Source: Corallochytrium limacisporum Hawaii (taxonomy: Eukaryota > Protista > Pluriformea). From it: a DNA stretch of 64,000 nt. Location: the NCBI GenBank assembly GCA_002811645.1, contig PDIP01000031.1, positions 1 through 64,000 of the forward strand, read 5' to 3'. Made by a program: the position numbers and the translations under genes. Positions 1 through 10,141 of the stretch are shown one piece after another (within the stretch, counting starts at the first letter, position 1; the number at the start of each line of letters is the position of its first letter). The notes below the pieces were generated by a model. It was not told the origin of the DNA. It ran no database searches and saw only the letters and a program-made list of their open reading frames with translations.

Positions 1-430
1 GTAGTCCCCCTTCCCCCCTCCCCCCGGGGGGGTGGGGGGGACGGGGCGGTCTCCAGGCTCTCCAAAATGGCGACCAACCCTTCAAACCCTTCCCGCCTAA
101 AAATATTTTCCCCTCCGCGCGGCCACTTTGAAAAGAGACTCCCCCATTTCCCGCTTTCACTATGGAAAATGTACCCATGGGTATTCTGGATCGAGGGAAG
201 GAACTCGTACCCCTTGGGAGGGGCTAAAAATGGATCCCCGAGAGACATCGGGGGAGCTGCGGGGCAGAGAGGGGAGGGGTGCTGAACGGTCTGGTCGTCC
301 ACGCAGAGGCCTGCGGGCGAGAGGTGTGGATCATCGGTCAGATCATGGTCCACTATTGGCAACGTAGCTCTATGACAAGGATACAATGAGATAATACATA
401 TCATGGATTTTACTAGTTGGTGTTTGAATT

Positions 431-2827
431 TTATAGCGCCTTGTGCGGAACAACGAGAACGTTGGAAATGATGATACCGATGCCCATGCTCAACAGGACG
501 CTGAAGAGGTTACTAAAGATTGCTGCTCCAGTGCTGTGGTCAGTGCCATCCATTACGCCCATCATGGCCTTCATGCTCAGGGCACCTGGTGAAATGAAAA
601 ACAAAGACGGCAAGAGAATCTCCAGAGAGGGTTTGGACGTGATCCGACCGTAAATGTTCGATGCGATGCCGGTGGCCAGCGTGCCAAAAAACGGGCCATA
701 GAACTGTCCAAGCAGTACCGAAATTTCTGTGGTGAAAAGATAGGTCAAGCAGCCTGCGACACCAATCCACGGAATCATCTTCGGCTTGCTGTCCAATAGA
801 ACAGCAAACCCTAGGCCACCGACAAACGCAGGTAGAATGCGCCATAGGAGAGGAGCGGATTCATGGACAGGAATCGGTGCCTGGGGTAGAAGGAGCTGTA
901 GCTGGAATCCGACAACCACACCAAAGGCCAGGTTGGTGGCACTGACCATGCCCACCATCAGTCTGATCGTGCCGGACAGGTAGTAATACGCACTCATCTC
1001 GGCGACAGCAGTACACAGCATTGCACCCGGAAGGGCCCAGACCAGCACGGAGGCGAGCACAGTGTCCGGATAGATAGGGCCGAAGAAGCTCATAGCTATG
1101 CTCGCACCGGCCCCAGCGATGAGGCCGATTAAGAATTCAAACCCCCGGTCTACGATACGCAGATGAGGTCGGAGCATCTCAACAACACCTGCTGCCAGAG
1201 CCAGGGCCAAGGTGGCAGGCACCTCGCGAATAGACCCCTTACCGGTCAACGGCGGCTGTACCGCAATAGTCACGATCAATGCCAGGATGTGGGCCCAGCG
1301 AGGATATATTGCCTGACGATTGCGCAGCTTTCGTAGCTCCACATAGCCTTCCTGCACGCCAATGTTGCCCTGGACGACGTCCAGAGCAAGGTCATTGACG
1401 TCATGGATCTTTGACATTGACCGCGACGAAGGCAGAATGCGCATGAATCGGCACGAGTACTCGGCACCGTCACCGCTGAAACTAAGCCAGAGGGAAACCG
1501 GGGTCGCGACAAAGTGGGCCGTCTCATCAAAGCGCATGCATGCCACAGTAAGGAAATATTCAATCGCGTAAGACGGTAGACCGGAAATGTACAAAGTATA
1601 GAGGAGCTCACAAATAAACGACTGGATGCCTCGTCGTAGCTCCTCAGCCTCATTGACGGGCGGTTCCATACCAGGAATCATTGGCACTGTTTGTCTGACC
1701 CCTCCACCACTCTTCATCGACAGTATACTTCCATCAGCTAAGGCCGATGCAATGGCCTGTTCGGTGGAGATGTCTAGCATGGAAGTGCCCCTACCGTCAG
1801 TCATAAAGAGTGGCCGGTAAACTTGCTGTACGTTTGGATCTACCGTGCTGTCGGTGCGCTTACGGACCTGACGCATGGAGCTGTGAGAAATCGGACTGCG
1901 TTTCCGTAGCCCACTAACCGCGGTTTGTTGATCTGACCCTGGCTGTTGCTGCCTCTGTTGTTGCTGTTGTGTTTCTAGTCGTGGTCGCCCTCCTGATGAC
2001 CCCATCTCTGAGCTACGTTCTTCCGAAACATTGTGCAGACCTCCCTGTGCTGGTGCCTGTGAAGAAATTATGGATGTCGGAACGTTGACGTTGCTGAGGC
2101 TGGGCAGTTGCGCAAAGTCGTGATGGGTAGCCTCTGCATCAATGACGAACTCTTCGTCCTGCTCGTCATTCTCATCGTCCTGTGCAGCACTCCTGGACTG
2201 GTTGTGGTGCAGAATCCGCTGCTGTAACTGTGCTGCTTTCTGCTGTTGCTCTGCATAGTATAGCATCATCTTTTGCTCGTATTCTGCTTGGAGCTGCTGT
2301 TTCTTTCGTTCGATGGCCAGGCGGTGCGCTTCAATTTCCTGAATGTCGTCTTCGTCAAGCATGTGCTCCACCACCGCCTGTCGGACGTCACTGACTTCCT
2401 CGAATGGTGCTGATACGCCCAAGGTTGATTGTCCTCCCATCATGTACCGGCTCTGCGTACCTCTGGAAGACCGGCTCAGGACCGAATCCCTCCGTGCGAA
2501 GGATCGCAGAACAGAGAAGCTATCGTTGAGAATATTGCTAGTGTAGGGTGCGGATGCCCTTTGATCCGTATTCGTGTGATTAGATTCAATATCTGGAGTG
2601 TCATGTTCATCATCTGTTGCTAATAGTGGCGTCCTCTCATTTGATGACGCTGCAGTTCGGTGCCGCGAAAGCCGACTCGGCGATCTCACGTGCAGCATTT
2701 CGCCCTGCAGGATCTCCTGTGCGTCCTGCATAGCTTCCTCGATGCCCGGAATATGTGGGACTGAGCGTTCAATCAATTCATCCTCCACAGGTGCCAGGCC
2801 ACTGACCCGTTGGTTGAACCCTGACAT
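431..2827 (-). CDS. ThrE/PRM10-like threonine/serine exporter family membrane protein with long disordered N-terminus
   Basis: 798-aa ATG ORF. The C-terminal ~400 aa has ThrE-type segments (SMSKIHDVNDLALDV, YPRW, LPGAMLCTAVAEM…SGTIRL, LFFISPGALS) and about 10 hydrophobic helices; the N-terminus is Q/S/E-rich. Confidence 0.8.
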   Translation of the reverse strand: MSGFNQRVSGLAPVEDELIERSVPHIPGIEEAMQDAQEILQGEMLHVRSPSRLSRHRTAASSNERTPLLATDDEHDTPDIESNHTNTDQRASAPYTSNILNDSFSVLRSFARRDSVLSRSSRGTQSRYMMGGQSTLGVSAPFEEVSDVRQAVVEHMLDEDDIQEIEAHRLAIERKKQQLQAEYEQKMMLYYAEQQQKAAQLQQRILHHNQSRSAAQDDENDEQDEEFVIDAEATHHDFAQLPSLSNVNVPTSIISSQAPAQGGLHNVSEERSSEMGSSGGRPRLETQQQQQRQQQPGSDQQTAVSGLRKRSPISHSSMRQVRKRTDSTVDPNVQQVYRPLFMTDGRGTSMLDISTEQAIASALADGSILSMKSGGGVRQTVPMIPGMEPPVNEAEELRRGIQSFICELLYTLYISGLPSYAIEYFLTVACMRFDETAHFVATPVSLWLSFSGDGAEYSCRFMRILPSSRSMSKIHDVNDLALDVVQGNIGVQEGYVELRKLRNRQAIYPRWAHILALIVTIAVQPPLTGKGSIREVPATLALALAAGVVEMLRPHLRIVDRGFEFLIGLIAGAGASIAMSFFGPIYPDTVLASVLVWALPGAMLCTAVAEMSAYYYLSGTIRLMVGMVSATNLAFGVVVGFQLQLLLPQAPIPVHESAPLLWRILPAFVGGLGFAVLLDSKPKMIPWIGVAGCLTYLFTTEISVLLGQFYGPFFGTLATGIASNIYGRITSKPSLEILLPSLFFISPGALSMKAMMGVMDGTDHSTGAAIFSNLFSVLLSMGIGIIISNVLVVPHKAL

Positions 2828-3754
2828 GGTGTATGTTTTTCCTATGCTTCTCTGACGGCCTTACACGTGACCTCGCCCTACCCTAGCCTCACCCCATTGG
2901 TGCACGCATAAGCTCCATTCCAAAAATTGCTAGAGAGTTCTGATCCGTGATAATTATGCACATTTCCTTTTGCTGTTGATGTCAACCAAGTAGCTTTGTT
3001 GTTGTTCATGGTGCTGATCACTGTCGGACACAACGCCCAGGCTGATGGCGGTCAAATTACGTCATGGGCAACCGCGCGGGGTCCAAGACGGGCCCGTTGG
3101 AAGCCCCCATCCCCCCTCCCCTCACCTCCTCCCTTCCCTTGCCTTTCCTTTCGAGACCCGCCATCTCGAGAGCCCCCACCGGAAGCGAAAGGGAACCGCA
3201 GGGGCCGTGGGGTGGAGACAACGAATCAGGGGGCAACCGAATAGGAGGGGGGCGAAGAAAATGTTAATATTCATATCAACTAGTTTTCGCCAAAGAGGAA
3301 ACGCAAGGAAAGGCAAAAAAGCCATTTCGTTGTGTGCCCAAGGGAGAGCAGATTCCATCAGCTGCCGTTTTCGCCCGCCGATGGGGGGGAGGGGGGGGAG
3401 ACCGCAAGGCCGGAGAGTTGAAGAGCGAAGGTGGCAGCGACTGTAGCCAGCAACCGGCCTCTCTGGCTCCCCTTCCCTGCGGCGCGCCCCCTGGGGCCAT
3501 GGTTGGTAGGTAGTTTTCGCTGGGTGATTGGTGCTCCCAAAGAAAAGCACTTGTTTTGTTGTTGGTCAGCAGACGGAAACCATTTTGATTCTCGTAATTA
3601 GATCTTCCTCTGGTATTTCATGTCAACACCACAAAATTCTGGCTACGAAAACATTTATGACTTTACTGAGTCAGCTAACAGGACGCAAGGGTTTCGACAA
3701 TGTGCGAATTGGTTCTGAGGCCTTTCGGGTCCTAGACTGTAATAATAATGATAC

Positions 3755-5290
3755 ATGTTTGAGACGCAGGAACATTCGCCGGACCAGTTAGTGTCCGCGC
3801 GAAAGGATAGGTGGCCCAGTACGGACCAGGTGTACAAGCTTGGGCGCTGGATCGGGTCGGGTACGTTTGGGGACGTAATCGGCGCCACGGCCAAGAGAGC
3901 CAGTCAGCCACAATATGGCCAGAACAGGAACAAAGACTCAGGGAAGGAGCAGTATCCGCCGTATGCATTAAAATGTTTTCGGATAGAGGCACCGGCGGAA
4001 GATCCAACAGAGCCCTGTTCAGTGTTTTTGCCGTTTTCGGTCTTCCTGGAGATCGAACTCCTGATGGTTAGCACGCATGAGAACATTGTGCGCGGCATTG
4101 AGGTGATCTGGTCAGTTGAAGACGAATTGTTTAACGAAGACGGCGCTTGGATGTCACGAATTGATGCAACTGGTTCTGACCTATCCCAAATCATGGGCAG
4201 CACGGTCGTGGTCATGGAACACGGTGGTGATGATCTGGACGATCTATTGAAGAAATTCACTTACGATTTCTACCTCAGCGATGTCCTACACATCATGCGT
4301 GGTCTTATGCGTGGGTTGAATTACCTTCACACCGGTCTGCCAAACAAACTTCGAGTTATACATGGAGATCTTAAACCAAATAACATCCTGATTGGTCCGA
4401 ACGGAAGTGTCAAGATCGCTGATCTGGGTCATGCGCGGGTCATCTCTGCAGAGACCACTCACTGTGACCTAGGATCCGTGGTTGTAACAGTGCCGTGGCG
4501 CAGTCCAGAACTCCTGCTCGGTGACCGCAGTATGGTCCCTGCTATCGATCTCTGGGCAGCTGGCGTAATATGCGCAGAGTTGATTACGGGCGTCCACCCT
4601 TTCCAGGACGAAAGGGAGCTGGGGGTGTTGCGGCAAATTTTTGAAATCGTCGGAGAGCCAACCGCTGATTCCTGGCCAGGATTCAGTGATCTACCGCACG
4701 CAGGAATGGTTCGTATTCAGACAGAGGTTCGTGACATCGATCTGCAAACTTGGGTCATTGGGCACGAACGATCAAAACGAGAGGCGCGCCGGGCAGCTCG
4801 GCGATCAGTGGGGAGTGGATCGACGGACTGGACTCCCGCTGACGAGCAAGATGGAGCGTTGCTCGATGCTCTGTTGACTGTGCTCCAAGGCCTGCTCGCA
4901 CTCGATCCCACTAAGCGAAAGTGGCATAGTGAATGTCTGCATGACTCCTCCTCGTCGGCCACTGAATCGATATCTCCTGCCGATGACTCTCACGATTATG
5001 GCGCCATCTATCAGCGTCTGCGGGATGGACACTGGCGACCGGTCCGTGAGTTCTACGATCGATTCGCAGAGCAGCAGCGCAACAGTGCCAAGTCCACGCC
5101 CGAGAAAAAAAGCCTAAACATTGGCGCTCAATTCTTCGAAGACATCGTGGAGCAAGACAAAACTAGCACCCTCATTGCTTGGAGGGCAGCGGTGATTGCG
5201 GAGGAGCAGAATGGTGAGAACAACGACGGGAGCGACGGAGAGGGGCTCATGCCTAAACCAAAACGACCGAAGAAGGATTCGCAAGCGTAA
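3755..5290 (+). CDS. Divergent CMGC/CDK-family Ser/Thr kinase, most like CDK8/Ssn3
   Basis: Motifs IGSGTFG, YALK, HENIV, HGDLKPNN, IADLG, DLGSVVVTVPWRSPELLLG and AIDLWAAGVICAEL; C-terminal basic NLS-like PKPKRPKK. Confidence 0.85.
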   Translation: MFETQEHSPDQLVSARKDRWPSTDQVYKLGRWIGSGTFGDVIGATAKRASQPQYGQNRNKDSGKEQYPPYALKCFRIEAPAEDPTEPCSVFLPFSVFLEIELLMVSTHENIVRGIEVIWSVEDELFNEDGAWMSRIDATGSDLSQIMGSTVVVMEHGGDDLDDLLKKFTYDFYLSDVLHIMRGLMRGLNYLHTGLPNKLRVIHGDLKPNNILIGPNGSVKIADLGHARVISAETTHCDLGSVVVTVPWRSPELLLGDRSMVPAIDLWAAGVICAELITGVHPFQDERELGVLRQIFEIVGEPTADSWPGFSDLPHAGMVRIQTEVRDIDLQTWVIGHERSKREARRAARRSVGSGSTDWTPADEQDGALLDALLTVLQGLLALDPTKRKWHSECLHDSSSSATESISPADDSHDYGAIYQRLRDGHWRPVREFYDRFAEQQRNSAKSTPEKKSLNIGAQFFEDIVEQDKTSTLIAWRAAVIAEEQNGENNDGSDGEGLMPKPKRPKKDSQA

Positions 5291-5780
5291 GGAACAAAGT
5301 TAAGAATGAGTTGCTAGCAGTTGTCCCATCTAATTTTATAGAAAGAATAGACTTGATCCCTTGTATCTGTACGATGCTTGCGACTTGCGAAGGCATCGCA
5401 ACGAAGCGGGCAGCCAGAACCTACCCACCCTGCGTCCGTACGCACCCAGCCCCCACGTCCTTCCCCTACCTTCCCCCCTCCCGTTTCTTTGGGGCTGCGG
5501 GCTCCCTCTGCTCCTCGGACCGTCAGGACAGCCCCGCAAGTGTGGACGACCGGCCTCTGTTCGTGCTCTAGACCAGCCTACAGCCCAGAAAAGAAAAGAA
5601 ATTTAAAGGATAGATATAATACGAGTAAACAATAGTATTGGAAAGATATCAGTGGCCGAAACTTCCATTTGAACTTGATCGGACAGTAGGGAGTTCAACT
5701 TCTCATTTGATCAACTTCGCAGCTTAACCGTATTCGTTGAGCACCCTGTTGTCTTCTACTGCCGATTCCGTACGGCTGTA

Positions 5781-6083
5781 TCAAGCAAGATCGTCCTTCC
5801 CCTCGATCAAAAAGTGATGGCTGTTAGATCCAGCGGTTCGAGCTTTGAGATGGGGTTCGTAATCGGGATCATTCATGAACGCGGTTGCAGCCTCTTTGGA
5901 TGGCCATTCGATGATGATTCGTAAAGCGGCACTCTCACCAGTGCCTTCGAGCCGTTCATGGCTTGCAGTTCTCGCGATGTACTTCCCACCATGCTTCGTA
6001 ACAATCTTATTCGCAGCAGGAACGTACTCAGGAATCCATTCCTGGTTCGTCGGGGTCACTTCGAGTACTGAGTAGTATGTCAT
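5781..6083 (-). CDS. DUF1330 family protein (dimeric alpha-beta barrel), bacterial-type
   Basis: 100 aa with the typical pattern YVPAANKIVTKHGGKYIART…ERLEG…IIEWPSKEAATAFMNDPDY…R. Confidence 0.9.
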   Translation of the reverse strand: MTYYSVLEVTPTNQEWIPEYVPAANKIVTKHGGKYIARTASHERLEGTGESAALRIIIEWPSKEAATAFMNDPDYEPHLKARTAGSNSHHFLIEGKDDLA

Positions 6084-6606
6084 TGTTAAGTGGCTTCGTC
6101 TAAAAGATCAATGTCATGTAAAGAAGATGACACAGGTTGTTGCTCACCTACTATTCACCCGCTTTTATACCAGGCCGGTTGCGTAAATACGCCAATGTGT
6201 TGACGCAATGATCACCGTCATCATCAGGACAATCATCACCGTTGTTTGTCAAAATTCATGCATACGCGGAGCGTACACCAAGACATCGGGTTTTCTGGGA
6301 AAGCCATGCGATTTTGACGGGGCAATGAATTCAAGGCCACTCCCCGGGGGGGAAAAGGGGGGGGAGAGTTTTGGGTTCCTACAAACCTCGAAGCTCTGCT
6401 GGAAGGTCAACGTTCCCTCCCATTACAAAGGAATACTTCTTTGTCTTGTCCGGTCCTTTTCTCTCGAGTTCGCTACCACCGAGGGCTCGATCGACAAGTT
6501 TTAGTTTGTCTTTTCCTTTTTTTTTTTCCTTCTTCGTTCTTGGTTCCTCGCCTCTAAGGAGAATGTTTGTGGACGGTAAGGCCCTCCCTCTCCCCTCCTC
6601 CAGCCC

Positions 6607-6830
6607 NNNNNNNNNNNNNNNNNNNNNNNNNNNNNNNNNNNNNNNNNNNNNNNNNNNNNNNNNNNNNNNNNNNNNNNNNNNNNNNNNNNNNNNNNNNNNN
6701 NNNNNNNNNNNNNNNNNNNNNNNNNNNNNNNNNNNNNNNNNNNNNNNNNNNNNNNNNNNNNNNNNNNNNNNNNNNNNNNNNNNNNNNNNNNNNNNNNNNN
6801 NNNNNNNNNNNNNNNNNNNNNNNNNNNNNN
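6607..6830. other. Assembly gap (N run); others at 20892-20958, 33260-33486, 42568-42767 and 46530-46749
   Basis: Read directly; the gaps adjoin or lie near G/C homopolymer tracts. Confidence 1.
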
Positions 6831-7285
6831 CCCCCCCGGGCCCCGCGACCTCCCCCTTCCCCTTCTCCGCACACGACCAGGTCCCGATAGACGGAATTGC
6901 TTCGAAAGGGAGAGATTATGACGGCCCCATCCCCAAGTTTGGGGCCATCGGACGGATGTGCTTTCTCAATGGCCTGAGCCATTAGATGTACACACGGCAC
7001 CGATGGTTTCACAACGGGAACACAGTTAGAGTTCTCCCGGACCACAACCAATGTGTTGATGGATGTGGTTGCATCCCCTGCAGGACCACGAATTGTGATG
7101 AAGATGGTCATTCGGTGAGTGTGCTCACAGGTTGTGTTGGTATGAAACCGGGCTGGTAGAAACGATGATGTACCGGAGAAGGCTGTCGTGCAGATGACGG
7201 GGTGTGGCGACATTAACCTGGAAGACATCGCTTCTGTATATATCATACCTTTCATTCGGATATGGAATAAGATATCTTCACAACC

Positions 7286-8083
7286 ATGAAAAAGATCATT
7301 CTATTGACCGGGGCCACTGATGGCATTGGCTTTGAGACCGCGAAAATGCTGGTAGCACTCGGTCATCAAGTTCTCCTGCACGGACGAAGCAAAAACAAAC
7401 TACGATCCACAAAGACTAGCATTGATGCACTAGGAGGTCTTGGAACTACTGAAATCTATCAGGCTGACCTTTCCGATCTCAAGCAAGTGGAAGCCCTGGC
7501 GAACGCGGTCGCGAAGGATCATGAAAAAATTGATGTCCTAATCAATAACGCTGGTGTATTCAAAACACCCGTTACGAGACTTGACAATGGACTTGACATC
7601 CGCTTTATGGTTAATACCATAGCCCCTTACCTGTTGACACGTGAGTTGCTACCAAAATTTCCAGCAGATGGACGGGTGATCAACTTGAGTTCAGCGGCCC
7701 AAGCTCCTGTTAACTTGCGTGCCCTACAGGGAGAAGTGGCTATGGGGGATTCTGATGCATATGCCCAGAGCAAACTTGCCATAACTATGTGGTCGTTTCG
7801 TTTGGCAAAATTGCACAAGACACCAGCATTCATAGCCGTAAATCCGGCGTCGTTTTTGGGTAGTAAGATGGTAAAGGAAGCCTACGGAACAGCGGGCAAA
7901 GATCTCTCAATCGGCGCCGATATATTGGTACGAGCCGCAACTGGAGAGGAATTCGCCCACGCCTCGGGCAAGTATTTTGACAATGACCGTGGACAGTTCG
8001 CCAGCCCTCACAGGGATGCCCTGAACGATTCCAAGAACGAAAAACTTATAGAGGTTATTGAGGACATCATCGAGCAAGCCTAG
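7286..8083 (+). CDS. Short-chain dehydrogenase/reductase (SDR), bacterial-type
   Basis: TGATDGIG Rossmann motif, LINNAGV, NLSS, catalytic YAQSK, VNPAS. Confidence 0.95.
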   Translation: MKKIILLTGATDGIGFETAKMLVALGHQVLLHGRSKNKLRSTKTSIDALGGLGTTEIYQADLSDLKQVEALANAVAKDHEKIDVLINNAGVFKTPVTRLDNGLDIRFMVNTIAPYLLTRELLPKFPADGRVINLSSAAQAPVNLRALQGEVAMGDSDAYAQSKLAITMWSFRLAKLHKTPAFIAVNPASFLGSKMVKEAYGTAGKDLSIGADILVRAATGEEFAHASGKYFDNDRGQFASPHRDALNDSKNEKLIEVIEDIIEQA

Positions 8084-8263
8084 AGCGATGATCACAGCGC
8101 TCGATCGACTGTTCAGGTATGTCTGTGCGCGTGAGGAGCCTACAACCCAGACTGCACGGTGCGAAGTCAAAGAGGGATAGATACAATACGAACTAAAGCA
8201 CTATGGAATTCCTCCTACTAATGAATTGAAATCGATCTAGTTTTGCTGGCTTTCTCGCAGAGC

Positions 8264-10141
8264 TCAGTGGAAGACAATGGATGCATCAACACTCCCCGGT
8301 GTCACTGGAGCGGCAGCTTTCCTCAGACTGTTGATGTCTGCGGACTCTAAGTAGTGCAACTCTTCCACATCTGCGTATCGCTTCTCCATTACATACTTTC
8401 CGTCCTTGTACCGTACACCCTCACGGTCCTCTAGTATGGCCAACGATGGCTTCAGATCCACAGTGTTGCTATCATCGTCAATCTCCGATTGCTGGCGATT
8501 AAGCCATCGGACGACCCTCAGTGCCCGGTCCACGGCCAGCGCGCGGGCGATAGATGGCTTTGGGCAGTGCAGGATGGCAAACCAGACATGGAGTGGGCTC
8601 CGTATCTTCCAGATGCCAGTCTCCGGACAGAGCTCCGTGCCGGCCTTCGCCGGGTGCATGGGTCGTCCGGCTCCAACCCGACCGATGGAGAAGAATGGTA
8701 CTTCGTCCATGGGCGGTGGCTCCGTGTCGGATGATGGCAATGGAGCTCCCGAAATGTAGTTGATTCCGGCCACCGCATCTGACGCTGTGGTGTTTGCCTG
8801 AGTCCCAGTCTGTGCTTGATCATCACCGTCATCATGCTCTTCTTCACTTCCATGATCTGTCGTCTGATCGCCATGATCGTCATCATCGTCGTCGTCGTCA
8901 GATTCAAATTGCTCGACCTGTCCTTCCTCCTGGCATCCCTCGTGGTCATCCGATTCGTCATGAGTACCGTTCCATTCGGGCCATCGTTCCTCCGGAATTG
9001 GGTCGCTACTGTAGTCCCAGAATCCTCTTTGTTCGTCAAAGAACCAGCGCGCCAGGAGACCTCGCGGACAATGCGGGAACTGCGGTACGTCGTAGTCACC
9101 ACGACCGAATGCATACTGTGCACTGTATGTGTCATAGTGCATACCGAGCGCTTCCATGACGCGGCACAGCTCAAGGCCGTCGATCCAACCACCGTCGTCC
9201 TGGGGCTTGATAAATAATTCAAACATTGTGTGGTGCTCTCCAACTTTGTCGATCATTGCTTCAAGGTGCGCGTCATCCACACCGCTTGGAGGACGGATGA
9301 CCGTGATGTGTTTAGCCCAATTCTTCGGGTGATGGGGGAGCCGAGCGGCCTGGAGTCGCTCAGCAATCGCTTGAAGCTCAGAATAGGGCACAACCTCTGA
9401 ACTGCCGGTGTCGTCGGTCCGCAGATCAGTCAATGGATACACACAGACAATGAAGCGGTCAAAGAACACGTTGGCATCCGCATATTCGACTATCGGGCGG
9501 TCTTTGAAGACCATCACCGCCGTGGTCCAGGTATAGTCGTCTGGGACGTCTTGCAAGAGCTTGCCGTTGTTCGCCCTCAGCAATTTGCCCAGATTCGTAG
9601 GGTTATCATTGTCCTCCAGCCCCGAAGTCGAGATCTCGAGCAGCACCGGCGGGTCCCCTTTGTCGGCATATGGAGAGGTTACGCACCCGTAAATGCGGTG
9701 TGCATAAAGCGCACGTGGTCGGTCCTCGTTGCTGAAGAGTACTCCGCGCATGGCGGCCATGAATTGAACTGCAGTCGAAGGGATATGCGGTCGGATATCG
9801 AAATGCACATCGATGCTCTGTGATACAAAAATGTCCTGACGCTGGTTTGCCTGATCCCATCCGTAGTAGTGTTTCGCTGGCTCCGGGCATACTCCCACCA
9901 TTTCTGGTTCGAACTTTGTTTTACTTGGGTCATAAGCTTCAAATTGGACCTCCCTTAACCCCCTAAGAATCTCTTCCTTGACATGTTTTGGATCGTGCCC
10001 CTTGCGTTCAATGTCAAAGATCTCGCGCGCGGTGGTGGGAAACGCGGGGATCAGCTCCGGAGGGTCAACGTCTGTGGGTCCCATGCTGGCGTCTTTCAGT
10101 TTCTGTTTCTTTAATGCAGGGACGTCTTCCGCCCCTGTCAT
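8264..10141 (-). CDS. Hypothetical protein (625 aa) with acidic D/H-rich insert; possible ZipA C-terminal-like fold
   Basis: Long ATG ORF with globular composition, N-terminal KKQKLK NLS-like motif and a poly-D tract; the family call is weak. Confidence 0.75.
   Translation of the reverse strand: MTGAEDVPALKKQKLKDASMGPTDVDPPELIPAFPTTAREIFDIERKGHDPKHVKEEILRGLREVQFEAYDPSKTKFEPEMVGVCPEPAKHYYGWDQANQRQDIFVSQSIDVHFDIRPHIPSTAVQFMAAMRGVLFSNEDRPRALYAHRIYGCVTSPYADKGDPPVLLEISTSGLEDNDNPTNLGKLLRANNGKLLQDVPDDYTWTTAVMVFKDRPIVEYADANVFFDRFIVCVYPLTDLRTDDTGSSEVVPYSELQAIAERLQAARLPHHPKNWAKHITVIRPPSGVDDAHLEAMIDKVGEHHTMFELFIKPQDDGGWIDGLELCRVMEALGMHYDTYSAQYAFGRGDYDVPQFPHCPRGLLARWFFDEQRGFWDYSSDPIPEERWPEWNGTHDESDDHEGCQEEGQVEQFESDDDDDDDDHGDQTTDHGSEEEHDDGDDQAQTGTQANTTASDAVAGINYISGAPLPSSDTEPPPMDEVPFFSIGRVGAGRPMHPAKAGTELCPETGIWKIRSPLHVWFAILHCPKPSIARALAVDRALRVVRWLNRQQSEIDDDSNTVDLKPSLAILEDREGVRYKDGKYVMEKRYADVEELHYLESADINSLRKAAAPVTPGSVDASIVFH

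Noticed and set aside
7115-7130. 16-nt GTGAGT…CTCACAG micro-intron upstream of the SDR
   Set aside because: Too short compared with the other candidate introns (48-190 nt); likely chance, or part of a longer intron.
6371-7255. ORFs spanning N runs (also near 20.9, 33.3, 42.6 and 46.6 kb)
   Set aside because: They are open only because N codons contain no stops.
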